Assembly: GCF_018350175.1 (NCBI RefSeq)
Contig: NC_058368.1
Span: forward strand, 119,908,001-119,972,000
DNA length: 64,000 bases
Reading direction: 5' to 3'
DNA from: Felis catus
Lineage: Eukaryota
Numbering within the stretch: the first letter of the stretch is position 1; each line of letters begins with the position of its first letter. This document shows, piece after piece, positions 52,349 through 64,000 of the stretch. Under the pieces are notes generated by a model, which saw only the letters and a program-made list of their open reading frames with translations, was not told where the DNA came from and searched no databases. A program made the translations under genes and the position numbers.

Positions 52349-53778
52349 AAACACAGAGAAATACAAACTTAGGGGACTTGCATTTCAGAGTCCTATTGAA
52401 AGCTTTAATGGGATCTGCTATAAATGGGTGACCTTTTAGATTAGTGATGGAGTCCAGCTTGCTTCCCTTATAAGACTTTACTCTGTAAAATCAAGAATCT
52501 TTGTGTTGGCTGAAGGAATTGAACTCATGATCTCAGTTGAATTCCTGTTCCCCTCATCTTTCAGAACCAGCTGAGCACTGGGTTGAAGCTAACCAAGATA
52601 ATTTGTCCAAATTAAATGGACACATTTAAATATTATCAGCATCACCCTCGACACTTACAAAAATCAAGACCCTGTTGATGAGGTCACCTGGAGATCTCCA
52701 AACACGGTTTGCCAGGAATTATCAAGCTCCTCCTACATCCATTGCTGATGCTTTGAATGTGATGTCAACATAGAGGAGTCTGAATTTTGCTGGTACTAAT
52801 ATCGAGTGGTGATCTATTGGGGCCTTGCTCATGTTACTTTTTCCTGACCTCATTCAAGTGCTTGATGACTTGGGTCAGTTTGTTGCACACTGATGTATAC
52901 CAAGTGGCACCCACTGAAATTACCTCTTCTCCTTTCCAATGCAGTTCGCTTGTACATAAGTGTAGTGTCAAATTGTTTACAGGTTCTTTTTGTGTATAAT
53001 TGTGATAGCAGATTTAGCTCAAACTTTAAAGGCATCTGTTTATTGAATGGTGTTAAAATGAATGTGCTTATTACAGCATAAACATCATTAATTATGGACT
53101 CACACGAATGCATGTCTACATGTCGTCAATTTCCAGCAGCTCGGTTATCCAGCAAAAAGTCTGCGGTCTGTGAATAGCAAATATACATAAACTACTGTGA
53201 CTCTAATAACTCAGTAACTGTTTTTACCTTGGTATGTAACACTGTAGATTTTAGCCTGCTGTATTACTTTCTTACCTATTTGTTTGGGGGAGAGAGACAT
53301 AAAAGGTAGTACTACTAATTGTCCCAATGGCATTGCACACCATTTTGGCCACCATTGGTCCACCTAAAAGGCAGCTGCCTATTGATGGAACAATGGCCCT
53401 GAGCAACATATAAATATATACATACATATCTATGTATGCAATTTCTACAATGCTAATTACTACCATCTATTTTCACTGCCAATGGAAACTACTATTTTCT
53501 TTGGAATCATTGATGATATAAAAAACCAATTTGCTATTATCTGCTTTCATATTCTGTNNNNNNNNNNNNNNNNNNNNNNNNNNNNNNNNNNNNNNNNNNN
53601 NNNNNNNNNNNNNNNNNNNNNNNNNNNNNNNNNNNNNNNNNNNNNNNNNNNNNNNNNNNNNNNNNNNNNNNNNNNNNNNNNNNNNNNNNNNNNNNNNNNN
53701 NNNNNNNNNNNNNACTATTTTTTATGTGTTTCCATAAATGACTCCATTTCATATACATTGTAACTTAGCACCAATCAT

Positions 53779-53784
53779 AATAAA
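53779..53784 (+). terminator. Candidate distal polyadenylation signal
   Basis: AATAAA with upstream TGTA and downstream ttagttgtta U/GU-rich element; repeat density rises about 200 nt later. Confidence 0.55.
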
Positions 53785-53998
53785 TCATTTGGTAACATTT
53801 AGTTGTTATATATATATATATCTATTTTCAGTAGACCTAAGAGACTGATGATTCAACATTATTTCATGTGAACTCAAGAATTTTAGATGGAAGGTAATTA
53901 CCATTGCAATTAGTTTATTTCTGGTTTGTTGTGGCAGCTTGCTGGATCGGGGTACAAAAAAGGAGACAATAACTTGTAATTTAAAATTCTTAGAATAA

Positions 53999-54186
53999 GG
54001 GGCTCCTGGGTGGCTCTGTTGGTTAAGCGTCTGACTCTTTGTTTCAGCTCAGGTCATGATCTTGCGGTTCTGCAGGCGGAGCCCTGGGGTCGGGATCCAT
54101 ACTGACAGCGCAAAGCCTTCTTGGGATTCTCTCTCTCTGTCCCTACCCACGCCCCATCTCTCAAGATAAATAAACTTAAAAAAAAA
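53999..54186 (+). mobile_element. Can-SINE followed by a MIR (about 54190-54420)
   Basis: ggggctcctgggtggctctgttggttaagcgtctgactc...; MIR cagtttcctcccctgta...gtgagaattaaat. Confidence 0.9.
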
Positions 54187-56048
54187 TCTTAGGATGGAAT
54201 TACAATGAGTGGAGACCTTAGCACTGCCTCTTCTTACTCAGGCGGCTTCACTTTATTTATCAAGCCTCTTTGAACTTCAGTTTCCTCCCCTGTAGGTAGG
54301 GAACAAAAATAATAGATGCTTCCTAAGGCTAGTGTGAGAATTAAATCAGATAATTCAAGTAAGGCATTTAACACAGTCTGTAGTACTTTAAGTAAATACT
54401 TAATAATCCCTAACTTTTCTTATTACTGTTATCCAAAATGCATATTGTAAAGAGGAGTTTCCCTTCAACCCTCCCAATATTTGTATATATTTCTTCTCTT
54501 TTCCTCTTCAGCCTTTTATGACATCACCGATAGAGCTAAGTATTCTGTATGATTTTTAATCAAAAGGGAAAAATTACACAGAAGAAAAAGAGAATTCTTT
54601 TTCTTAGAGGGGCTTTAGAAATAATTTTGCCTTATGCTGCCCATTGAAGTGTATTCAGCAGAACACTTGTCACATGATATGTGCTGAAAAGAGGGAAAGG
54701 GACTAGATGACGTAAGGCTTAGGGAATATAACTTTCTACCCACCCCACTTGATAATGTTAAAGTGTTCTTTACCATACTCAAAGCCCAGGGAGTTACGCA
54801 GTAAAGGAACTTTCAGACTTTATTTAACCCAGAACCTTCCAGACTTTTCTCACCAAGGATGCTTCTTGTCACTGCCTGGAGCAGTACAGCCTTGGTTCGT
54901 AGCCTTCTGGCAGGAAACAACTCAGCCAAGAGACCAGAAAACTCCAGCAAGCAGAGTTTACTGAGCACACTCACGAGAGTGGGGTGTAGGCAGCTTGGGG
55001 GAGGCTTAAGTGCCCCAGCAGAATTGGTCCCAGGCTTTTTACTTGTTAGCTGGGGGACAAAATATTCATTACTTGGGGCAAAAAGCAGGGTTACATGCCT
55101 CTTCTTCCTAATTTGGTGAGGGCTTCCTGTCCTGGTATCCTGCATCTTGGGTCTGTCTGGTTTGATCCAGCTCCTTGTGAAGTACTGACAGGACAGTCCT
55201 TTGACCTTCCAGATAGCTGGCCTTGAAGGAAGTCTCCTTCCTTGGGGCCATGCGCCTTTGTAAAGTTCTTTTGTCTTATTCATTACATAGCATCCCTTAA
55301 GAAAGCCCACCAGGAGGGGGGTGGGCCAAACCCCAATGCTAATTGATGTCCTGTGGCTTCTGTATTCGAATTTCCTTGACCATCTGGGCAGGATGTGTCT
55401 GACTGCAGGTCCCAGATATCTCCAGCCCAATATCCACCCCCCACCCACCCCCAGTTCCTCCTCTTTCCTGTGGGACCCTGGCCTCACACAACTCTCTAAC
55501 TGCCTACCACACACACTTCTAGTTTTGAGGTACACGTTTTGGGAAAGGCTAATTTATCCCGTCTCCACTTTGTACAGGAGGGAAAGCTGAGCCCCAGGGA
55601 GAGGAAGGGATGTGTTCAAGTTGTGGTCTAGAACCTTGGGTCTAGAACCCCATCTGTGGCCCCAAGCTGGGACATTCCTCCTAAAATACTCTCATGTAGG
55701 TGGCTGACAAAAGCAATGGAGTTATTCTGAAAAAGTCTTGTAGATTCACGACATCTGTCCTGCACAGACCCACAGTAAAGAGTCACACAAGATTCCTAAG
55801 GCCAAGCAGCAGAAAAATGAGGATCCAGTGTAGAGGAATCCTTTCTTAGACTCCGTCACTTGCCAGATGACTTGGGGCAGGCCCAGATACCTGCCTGGAC
55901 ACCCCTATGCTATCATTATAGATCATTGCTACTACCAACACAGATGTGGCACCACGCTGTCCCTTAGCCCAGCAGAGGGATAAGGGCTTAGATAGACCAA
56001 AGTAGTGGAGGGGTTCGGAGGGCAACTCTCCTATGAATTCTTCTTTTT

Positions 56049-56276
56049 TAAATTTTTTAACGTTTATTTATTTTTTGAGAGAGGGAGAGAGAGAGAGAGA
56101 GAGAGAGGGAGAAAACGAGCAGGGGAGGGACAGAGAGAGAGGCACAGAATCTGAAGCAGGCTCCAGACTCTGAGCTCTTAGCACAGAGCCCGACATGGGG
56201 CTCAAACTTATGAACTGTGAGATCATCACCCGAGCCGAAGCCAGAGGCTTAACTGACTGAGCCACCCAGGTGCCCC
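56049..56276 (-). mobile_element. Can-SINE (younger copy of a nested pair)
   Basis: TSD tgaattcttctttt at 56034-56047 and 56277-56290. Confidence 0.93.
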
Positions 56277-56290
56277 TGAATTCTTCTTTT

Positions 56291-56386
56291 GTTAAAAGTA
56301 AGCTCTGTACACAACTTGGGATTTGAACTCTCAGGGCCAAGATCAAGAGTCACATGCTCTACTGATTGAGCCATCCAGGCAACCCC
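56291..56386 (-). mobile_element. Short old-type Can-SINE
   Basis: gatcaagagtcacatgctctactgattgagccatccaggc; outer repeat atgaattctt. Confidence 0.88.
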
Positions 56387-59254
56387 CACCCCATGAATTC
56401 TTATGTGAGTTGTTGTGGCTTTCCTCCAAAAAAATTTAGGAATACCCTGTGTTGGGAAATTATGAAGTTCTTGACCTCCCAGCCCAGAAATGGCTTAAAT
56501 AGAGCCAATAACTTTGTTAAACGCACACTGTAGGGAAGACTTTGTTTCCATTGTTCCAAAATAATATAGACAAGTGAAGGATCGATGTCAACAGGATAAG
56601 CTGGCTTTAGGCTTACAGGCTACAGCTTTAAAGAATGAGAAGCCTCAAGAACGTATGTGACACCATTGTCCTAGCAAGTACAGCAGCTGGGTTCTCCACA
56701 AACCAAGGGTCCAGAGAACACCCTGCAGAAGCACTGTGATGTGGGTAGTGAGGATATGAGGCTGCTCTCTGCACTTACTTGGGAAGCTGTGTAGAAGAGA
56801 GGGTATGTGAGGACCCAGTGGGAATGTACTGATGGTGAATCAGGAGAAAGACTTCCCCTTGAGCTTTCTGGAGAGACCTGAGTGAAATATGTCCTCATAC
56901 ATCTCAGCCCTGAAGTTACAAAGAGCCAGCGGTTACATACAGCCACTGTCCAAAAACTCATCCTTCTGACAAATTGAGTTGAACAGGACTTGATCAGAAA
57001 GATCACAGCTTTTGGAATGAGGGCACTGAAATAGGGAAAAATACCACCTTCTCAGACAACACTTCTCCTCCCCTCCAATTTCAACCTAAAAGAAGCGTTC
57101 CTTCCCATGGGAGGAATGAAACGTAGGAGCCCTGTCAATCTCAGCCCTAATGGCAGCTGTCAGGGACACAAGTCACCATAGGTGTTTATCCCAGTAGGGG
57201 GTAGATAACAGCTCCTAGCCTGGCCGAACACCTTCAGCTTTTAATAAGTGAGATTCACCTTGAAAGCCTTAAAAATAGCAACGCGTGGGCAGCAAAGGCC
57301 CAGGAGGGCCGGTTTTCCAAACACTCAGAGTCCCAGAGAGCTCGGGATTCACCCCCGTGGGATTGTTGCTTAGTGTCGACAACCATGTCATGAATGCACC
57401 AAAAGGAACAAGTTTGGTGTTTGGCTTGTTATCTCCCTTTCTTCTCCTTCACCGTATCCCCTGTCTTTAGGGTAACAAGAAACAAAACACCCTCTGTAAC
57501 TTGAAGATAGCAGGTACATTGAAATGAGTTTGCTATTTCTCTGCTAAGAACTGGGTCTGGGCTGCAACGTGCTGTCCAAAGCTATAAAATCCCTGGTGGA
57601 AGTGAAACAATTCAATGTGACGTCCCCAAGACATAAAATCACCAAGCCACACGTCCCTTCCGACATACAAAAAAGCCGGTTTTATTTTTTCCTTCATCCC
57701 TCTTGGTTTCTCTGCTTGTGCATCTCAGCTTTTCTGTTTCTCTCTTTTCGTTCTGTTTGCTTTTCAAATGTCTGATATACAGAGTAAACATATTTGATAT
57801 ATATGACCCCCCCACCCCCAGTGCCACACTCTTCTCTAGGCCTCCGTTTCCTTAACTGATCTGTGAACAAGGACTTTGGAGGAGGTGCTTCTATGCACCA
57901 TGCTGTCGTTCCTCCTCTCTACTGGTTTTTGCCTGGGCCCTCACCAGTCCCCTAACTTGAGGGTATGCGTGGAGGGGCCGGATGGGAGGCTTTGCCGTCT
58001 CCCCCCAGTTAACAGTTTCAGATGGTTTTTGAGAGAAAACAGCTGGTCTACCTAAGAGAGAACAAAGGACAAGAAAGAGGTAAGGTGGCTGTGGGTGGAC
58101 CCTTTCAGATGGTGTTGTTCCAAAGTCTTCCTGAATGGGTGGGCTGTCCTCACTCTTCCCTCTGACTGTGGGCCTCCCAGGGGCTGACATAGGTACCCAA
58201 GCCCTTTCAGTGTTGATTTCCATATGTGCCCAGGTTTAATGACTCAGCTCTTGCATGACCCAGAGCTGCAGGCTGTGTTTCAGAAAGTCCAGTGTGAATT
58301 TCCAGTTTGCCTTCAATATAGAGAGATTGGACAAGGGTAGACAACAATGGACAAAGAGTCAACTAATGGGAGTTGGGGATGGGAGCACCACGGCTGTCAG
58401 CAAATTCTTCTTTCTCCCCCTTCTCCCCTGGGAAAGAATATATCTTGGTACCTAGAAATGAAATGTCAAAGATAGACACTAGACTCTCCCTCTGCCACCT
58501 CCATGAACAAATGGGAGAGGGTATGAAGAAAGAAAGAGAGAAAATAATACTCACTTGTATGAATGGGAGGCATGAGAGTATTTTCCTGCTCAAGTAAATG
58601 AATAGCATAGTGATTATCTTGGTCCACTCTTAAGGAAGCTGCTACCTGTAGGTCACTTTGCAGAGCCTGGTTTCCACGTTCACAATGGGAATTAAATCCG
58701 ACTTACCCGTGAGGTTTGCAGTGAGTATGCTTTTTTCATCTAAAGTTTCTAAAAGCAGAAGCCAAAGGTCAGGATGTGGAAAGTTTTCCACCATTTCCCC
58801 CTTCTATCATCCTTTCACATAACTTCACATGGGTCTGTTAGCTATGGGGTACCTTACACTGATATTTATGAGGCCGTGAGGAGATTCTGGAATTAGAGCA
58901 GAATGAAAGTTAGTGAGACGACATAGAGATATGTTCAGTGCAGTTGCCTCCCATATTTTGTAGTATTCTTTTATTAATAAATGTCAACCAAAGACAAAAA
59001 CACACAAGGGGTATCTTGGGTAGCTTCTTACTGAGTTGGGGAAAATTGATTATTTTCTGGCTTATGACATGCAGGCAGGGTAGATGCCATCTTCCGCCCC
59101 AGCGAAAGCACCCAAACAAAAGAGACCTCTGAAATAAGCAAGACCCAGACCCAAGGAGACCCATAGGGGTTCCCACAACCCTAAAGGCAGCCCTGGAGGA
59201 AGTCATCGCAAGTGCTGAACTCCAAGGGTCTTTCTTTAAAAACCCTGGGAAATA

Positions 59255-59614
59255 CCCTTTGTAGCAATGTGGATGGAACTGGAGAGTGTTATGCTAAGTG
59301 AAATAAGTCATACAGGGAAGGACAGAGTCCATATGTTTTCACTCCTATGTGGATCCTGAGACACTTAACAGAAGACCATGGGGTAGGGGAAGGAAAAAAA
59401 AATGGTTAGAGAGGGAGGGAGTCAAAACATAAGAGACTCCTAAAAACTGAGAACAAACTGAGGGTTTATGGGGGGGGTGAAGGAGGGGTGGGTGGGTGAT
59501 GGGTATTGAGGAGGGCACCTGTTGGGATGAGCACTGGGTGTTGTATGGAAACCAATTTGACAATAAATTTCATATTAAAAAAATAAATGAATAAAATAAA
59601 ATAAAATAAATAAG
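59255..59614 (+). mobile_element. 5'-truncated felid L1 (L1_Fc-like) 3' end
   Basis: ORF2 end PFVAMWMELESVMLSEISHTGKDRVHMFSLLCGS*, 3' UTR, (TAAAA)n tail; direct repeat taaaaaccctgggaaata at 59237-59254 and 59615-59632. Confidence 0.94.
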
Positions 59615-59894
59615 TAAAAACCCTGGGAAATAGAATAAATGGTAAGAGGTCCAACAATTCTATTTCCTACAGGCACAAGACCTTGGGATGTTTCTCACGG
59701 GCCCAACTTCATGGGCCTAATCTCGTGAACTTGACTTCCCCCAGATCTTTCCCTCCCTCTGACCCTATTTCCCTCCCTTGCTGTTTCTGCTCTGAAATTC
59801 TCAGAGTAACCCAGGGGGGAAAAAAAGGCAGAAAAGAGGCAACAAGGAGTTGGAATGAAATAGAGTCTGGGAGGGGAAGGGAAAAAGGTCTGGA

Positions 59895-60060
59895 GGCTTG
59901 CTTCTCAGGGGATCCTGTGCATAAGCAGCCGTGGCAGTACCCAGAGGCATGTTAGAGTTACAGGCTCTCAGGGCCACCCCCACACACTCCTACTGAATCA
60001 GAATCTGAATTTCATCAGAACCCAGGTTGTCACACACAGGTCAAAGTCTGAGAAGCATTG
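59895..60060. mobile_element. MER5A-like hAT element
   Basis: gcttctca...gttagagttacaggctctcagggccacccc...cctactgaatcagaatctg...aagtctgagaagcattg. Confidence 0.7.
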
Positions 60061-60494
60061 GCCTGTAAGGTATGGCAGGATGCCTAGACATAGCCTTGGG
60101 GGCAAGGAGGTTCAAGGCGAAGGGATGTATGAGAGGTGGATGGCTCCGAGTGGAGCCTTGGAGTTAGGTGATGGGGAGGTTGCTGTGGCGATAATAAAAA
60201 TACCACCGGTGGGTGAAATTACATTTCATGTTTGAGTGAAGAAAACTTTATTGGTAATTTTTAAAAGTCTCTTACTTTGGATAAAAGATGGTCAATGTGA
60301 ACGTTTAGCAGCTAAACAAAAGAAGGCAATAAAAGTTAACTGTAGTTGCAACATCAGTTATAACCAGAGTTAACATTTTATCCTTTCTTCCGCTTTCTTT
60401 GTGTGTGTGTATATTATATAAAGGCGGATACACAACGACATATAGATATAATTCATTGAGGTAAATATTTATTATTAAGAATAAATTAGCTACA

Positions 60495-60708
60495 GGGGTG
60501 CCTGGGTGGCGCAGTGGGTTAAGCAGCCGGCTTTGGCTCCGGTCATGATCTCGCGGTTCGTGAGATCAAACCCTGCATTGGGCTCTGTGCTGACAGCTCA
60601 GAGCCTGGAGCCTGCTTCACGTTCTGTGTCTCCCTCTCTCTCTGCCTGTCTCTCTCTCTCTCTCTGTCTCAAAAATAAAAATTAAAAAAAAAATTTAAGC
60701 ATTAAAAA
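60495..60708 (+). mobile_element. Can-SINE (felid type)
   Basis: 18-bp TSD aagaataaattag(c/t)taca at 60477-60494 and 60709-60726. Confidence 0.94.
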
Positions 60709-61218
60709 AAGAATAAATTAGTTACAAAATATATAAATAAATGCTAAACAATATAATAACAATATATCATATACAATCATTTATATGTAATATATTGATT
60801 TTATAGGAATGGGAATATAAATGCTATGTTTTCACTTTTGTTTCCTGCTTACATCATATTTTGATATTTTTATGCATGTGAATTTTGTGAAGGGTTATTT
60901 TTCATTAACACTATTGATCTAAAAAAAAAACCCACATTGATACTGAAAGACTGACCAGCTTAATTAAATGCCCATAAAAATGAAAAGCAATGGGAACTCT
61001 CTCTCATATACTGCTTGTAGGAGAATTACGTAGTAAAGCTACTTTGGAAATCCCTTTAGCATCATCTGTTAAATATCAGTATAAATTCCACACTACAAAC
61101 AACCTGAATGCCATTCCTTAACAGATTGGATACAAACAAGAATACATACTAGATGATTCCTTCTATGCAATATTCTAAACAAGCAAAAGTAAGATGTGCT
61201 GTTAAATATCAGGAAAGT

Positions 61219-61425
61219 GGGGGCGCCTGGGTGGCTCAGTCCATGAAGCATCCGACTGTGGCACAGTTCATGAGCTCAGTCCCTGTGCTGGGCTCTGTGC
61301 TGACAGATCAGAGCCTGGAGCCTGCTTCGGATTCTGTATCTCCCTCTCTCTCTGCCCTTCCCACTCCCCTGCTCATGCTCTGTCTCTCTGTCTCTCTCTC
61401 AAAAATAAAGAAAACATTAAAAAAA
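61219..61425 (+). mobile_element. Can-SINE within an old L1 remnant
   Basis: Consensus body; atcaggaaagt on both flanks. Confidence 0.92.
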
Positions 61426-61831
61426 ATCAGGAAAGTAATTTCCATTCAGGTGTGACAGGGGATGCAGGATGGGGGCTTCTGGAAGGTCAGTGGTGTTCAG
61501 TTTTTTGACCTGGGTGGTCAAGAAATACACTTCAATACATTTGAAAACAGAGAAAGCAGCAACTGACATTATCATTTTGATAAATGTTTCCCTAACTTCT
61601 TCATTTCTTTTGAAAATGGCTCTTTTTTCTCCTAAATCCATATAACGTGTACCTATTAAAATAAGACCCTAGAAAATCAAAGGCATGAAGTAGGAAGGGA
61701 AAGACCATTGCAATTTCATCCTACAGAGGTACGTTCTGTTAAAATGTAGTGCTTCCTCACGAAGGGTTATTTTTAAAGTGGATCTTTTATTTAATAAATA
61801 AATGGGGTTTGATAACTTCATCTCCCTCCCT

Positions 61832-61873
<42 letters not shown>

Positions 61874-62301
61874 ATGGCTTGCTTGGTTTGTTTTACTAAT
61901 TTCCCTTTCCATGTGTCCCCATATATTAAACTTTATTCCGTTAAAGAAAGTGAGTGACTACCTCCTGCCTTTTGCTATCAGGGTACATGATTGAGGGAAA
62001 GGAAGAAGGAAAGGAGAGATTAGCTTTGACTGGGACCCACAGGTCATCCCAGAAGGGTGCTCTGTTTGGACATCTCAGTGCTGGCTCCCAGTGACTTGCT
62101 TTTCTCCGACAAAGGCAAGAGCCATCCTTTGAAACTCAGAGCCTTTCCTTGTCACAGGCCAGCCAGTAGCAGAAGTCTTAAAAAAGGGGGAAACAATTGG
62201 TGACAGAAGTCTCCTCTAGCTTCCTTTCTGTGCTGGGCTGTCGAGGGGAGGTGGACTCTGACAAAACCAGTGGTCACAAGGTCCTGTGAAATCATGTAAG
62301 C

Positions 62302-62513
62302 CAGTGGTTCTCAGCTGGGTCAATTTTGCCCTGCAGGGAATGTTTGCAACATCTGGAGACAGAGGAGACCCTAGGGTGGGGGGGAGGTGCTTGCTACTGG
62401 CATCTAGTGGGTAAAGACCAGGGATAGTGGTTACCATCCTGCAATGCATGAGGCACCCAACAACAAAGAATTATCCAGTCTAAAATGTCAGTAGTGCTGA
62501 GGGTGGGATACTG
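62302..62513 (+). mobile_element. MER20
   Basis: cagtggttctcagctggg...tgctactggcatctagtgggtaaagaccaggga...aaagaattatccagtctaaaatgtcagtagtgctgagg. Confidence 0.88.
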
Positions 62514-62783
62514 TTGTGAGCGTGTGTGTGTGTGTGTGTGTGTGTGCACATGTGTGTGTTGGGGGAGCTGTTGGTTTCAGCTCTGGCCTCCTAACAGGTG
62601 TGCAGATAAACAGCCATTGACAAATTTTATTAATCCCCAGGGAAATTTCCTTGATGGAGGGCAGATAATGATTCAGTTCATTCTACAATGATTTGGGGCA
62701 CAACACTCACATTCTTCAAATCGATTGGCATTGAGTTACAGAGTGAGAGCATGCACATACATCTAGAGTATGACAAAATTAGT

Positions 62784-62830
62784 AAAAACAAAACAAAACA
62801 AAACAAAACAAAACAAAACAAAACAAAAAA
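62784..62830. repeat. (AAAAC)n pentanucleotide repeat
   Basis: About 9 units. Confidence 0.93.
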
Positions 62831-63129
62831 ACCACGTCAGCCACGGCAGTCTTGTGGGAGAGAAAGAAGTTGATTATCCCAAAGAGGCAGCCTGGCAGCC
62901 AGCACCCAGGCTCCTTGCGGGCCAGATGGAAATACCCCACACAAAGAACTACCCAGCTGAAATGATGCTGAACAGAAACAGACAGTAAGAAGTGATAGAA
63001 GGGTGCCAGGGGAGGGGAAACTGGATTCTCTGGGCAACACACAGGACTCACTGGGGGACCCTGGGAAAGTCATTTAATAGCTCTAGAACTCTTTTCCCCA
63101 TATTTATGAAACAAAGGAGAGGGAAAGAA

Positions 63130-63320
63130 AATTAACATTTACTATGAATCTACTATTTACTAGCTTATGATTATAACTTTCATTCAGTCTTCATCATAGC
63201 TTGCTGGAGTAAATAGTGGTATCTCCATCTTACATATGAGGCTCAGAGAGGTTAAGTTACCAGCCCAATATCACACAGCTAGAAAGGAGTAGGACCAGGA
63301 TTTCAACTTACATGTCCTGA
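63130..63320 (-). mobile_element. MIR
   Basis: atctccatcttacatatgaggctcagagaggttaagttacc...cacacagctag...caggatttcaac. Confidence 0.75.
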
Positions 63321-64000
63321 TAGCTTTTATTTTTCATGTTTCTATAGGTCTTCTTTCCTCAACATGTAAAATAGATGATGCATAGGTTTTTGTGTGAAGA
63401 TTTATTGATATAATGCCGCAGCTTGAGAAGAACAGTAGACACGTAATAAATGCAGAGCATTGTTTTTTATCATTATGATTATTTAGGCATTTTTCATGTT
63501 CAAAAAATGTCCTCTCATTTGGGGGAAACGACTGCTTAGAAGTAAAGTTCAGTCATTGTTATTAGATACCAATTACAAAGCAAATGTATGAAGTTCTTTT
63601 GGAATAAGAAGTCTCCTGATTTCTCTTTTCTGGCTGATTCAACTCACTTAGGACTTGGAGACAGAAATCAGGCTTGCCTGGGCTTCAGTGCCCGATTCAC
63701 CAAGCAGGGGTCTCCCTGCCCTCCAGCGGCAGGCAGATGGGAGTAAATGATAACCAGTAATAATGACAGTGAGCTAAGCGTCTCCACCAAGATCTCAGAA
63801 TTTGCCTTTCTCCTTGGTTATCAGGTTCTTGAAATACTCTCCACAGATTCTCAACTGTGAGAGTAAATGATCCCAGTCTGGGAGGATGAGTAATTCAGTG
63901 TCAGCAGTAAATATAGGGGGGAACGTAAGTATGGGAGGCATTAGTTGCATGTAGAGGCAACATGTGGTTTTAGACTCCTGCAACCCACTAGCAGCCCCCT

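Larger units (their letters stand above)
41912..53805 (+). other. KCTD16: Inferred long 3' UTR of KCTD16 (about 11.9 kb; shorter isoforms possible)
   Basis: Follows the stop codon; depleted of young retroposons; AU-rich unique blocks at both ends; ends at a well-formed poly(A) site. The distal boundary is inferred. Confidence 0.6.

Noticed and set aside
54813-55535. Longest ORF in the window (240 aa, minus strand)
   Set aside because: Non-ATG start, no recognisable homology or coding-like bias; plausible by chance in moderately GC-rich DNA. A BLASTP/PhyloCSF check would settle it.

Overview
Mammalian DNA, almost certainly felid: it carries tRNA-derived Can-SINEs including a young SINEC_Fc-type copy, L1_Fc-type 3' ends, and five short N gaps. 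The only supportable protein-coding sequence is the last coding exon of KCTD16, a GABA-B receptor auxiliary subunit (41457-41911, + strand, C-terminal linker plus H2 domain). Positions 1-41456 are the 3' part of its long last intron. A long 3' UTR probably runs to a distal AATAAA at 53779-53784, followed by repeat-rich intergenic DNA. The rest is old L1, L2, MIR, CR1/L3, hAT MER and ERVL/MaLR LTR remnants, about 24 Can-SINEs and microsatellites. I see no evidence of a new multi-gene system. The leads most worth checking are: (i) the exon acceptor is also a consensus donor (CAG|GTGAG); (ii) a four-tier G-quadruplex motif starts at the stop codon; (iii) a 14 kb Can-SINE-free zone covers the inferred UTR, which holds an ancient CR1/L3 relic; (iv) a 5'-inverted (twin-primed) L1; (v) two tandem L1 3' ends inside one target-site duplication (TSD), suggesting 3' transduction. 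All family names come from recognising consensus sequences by eye, not from searches.
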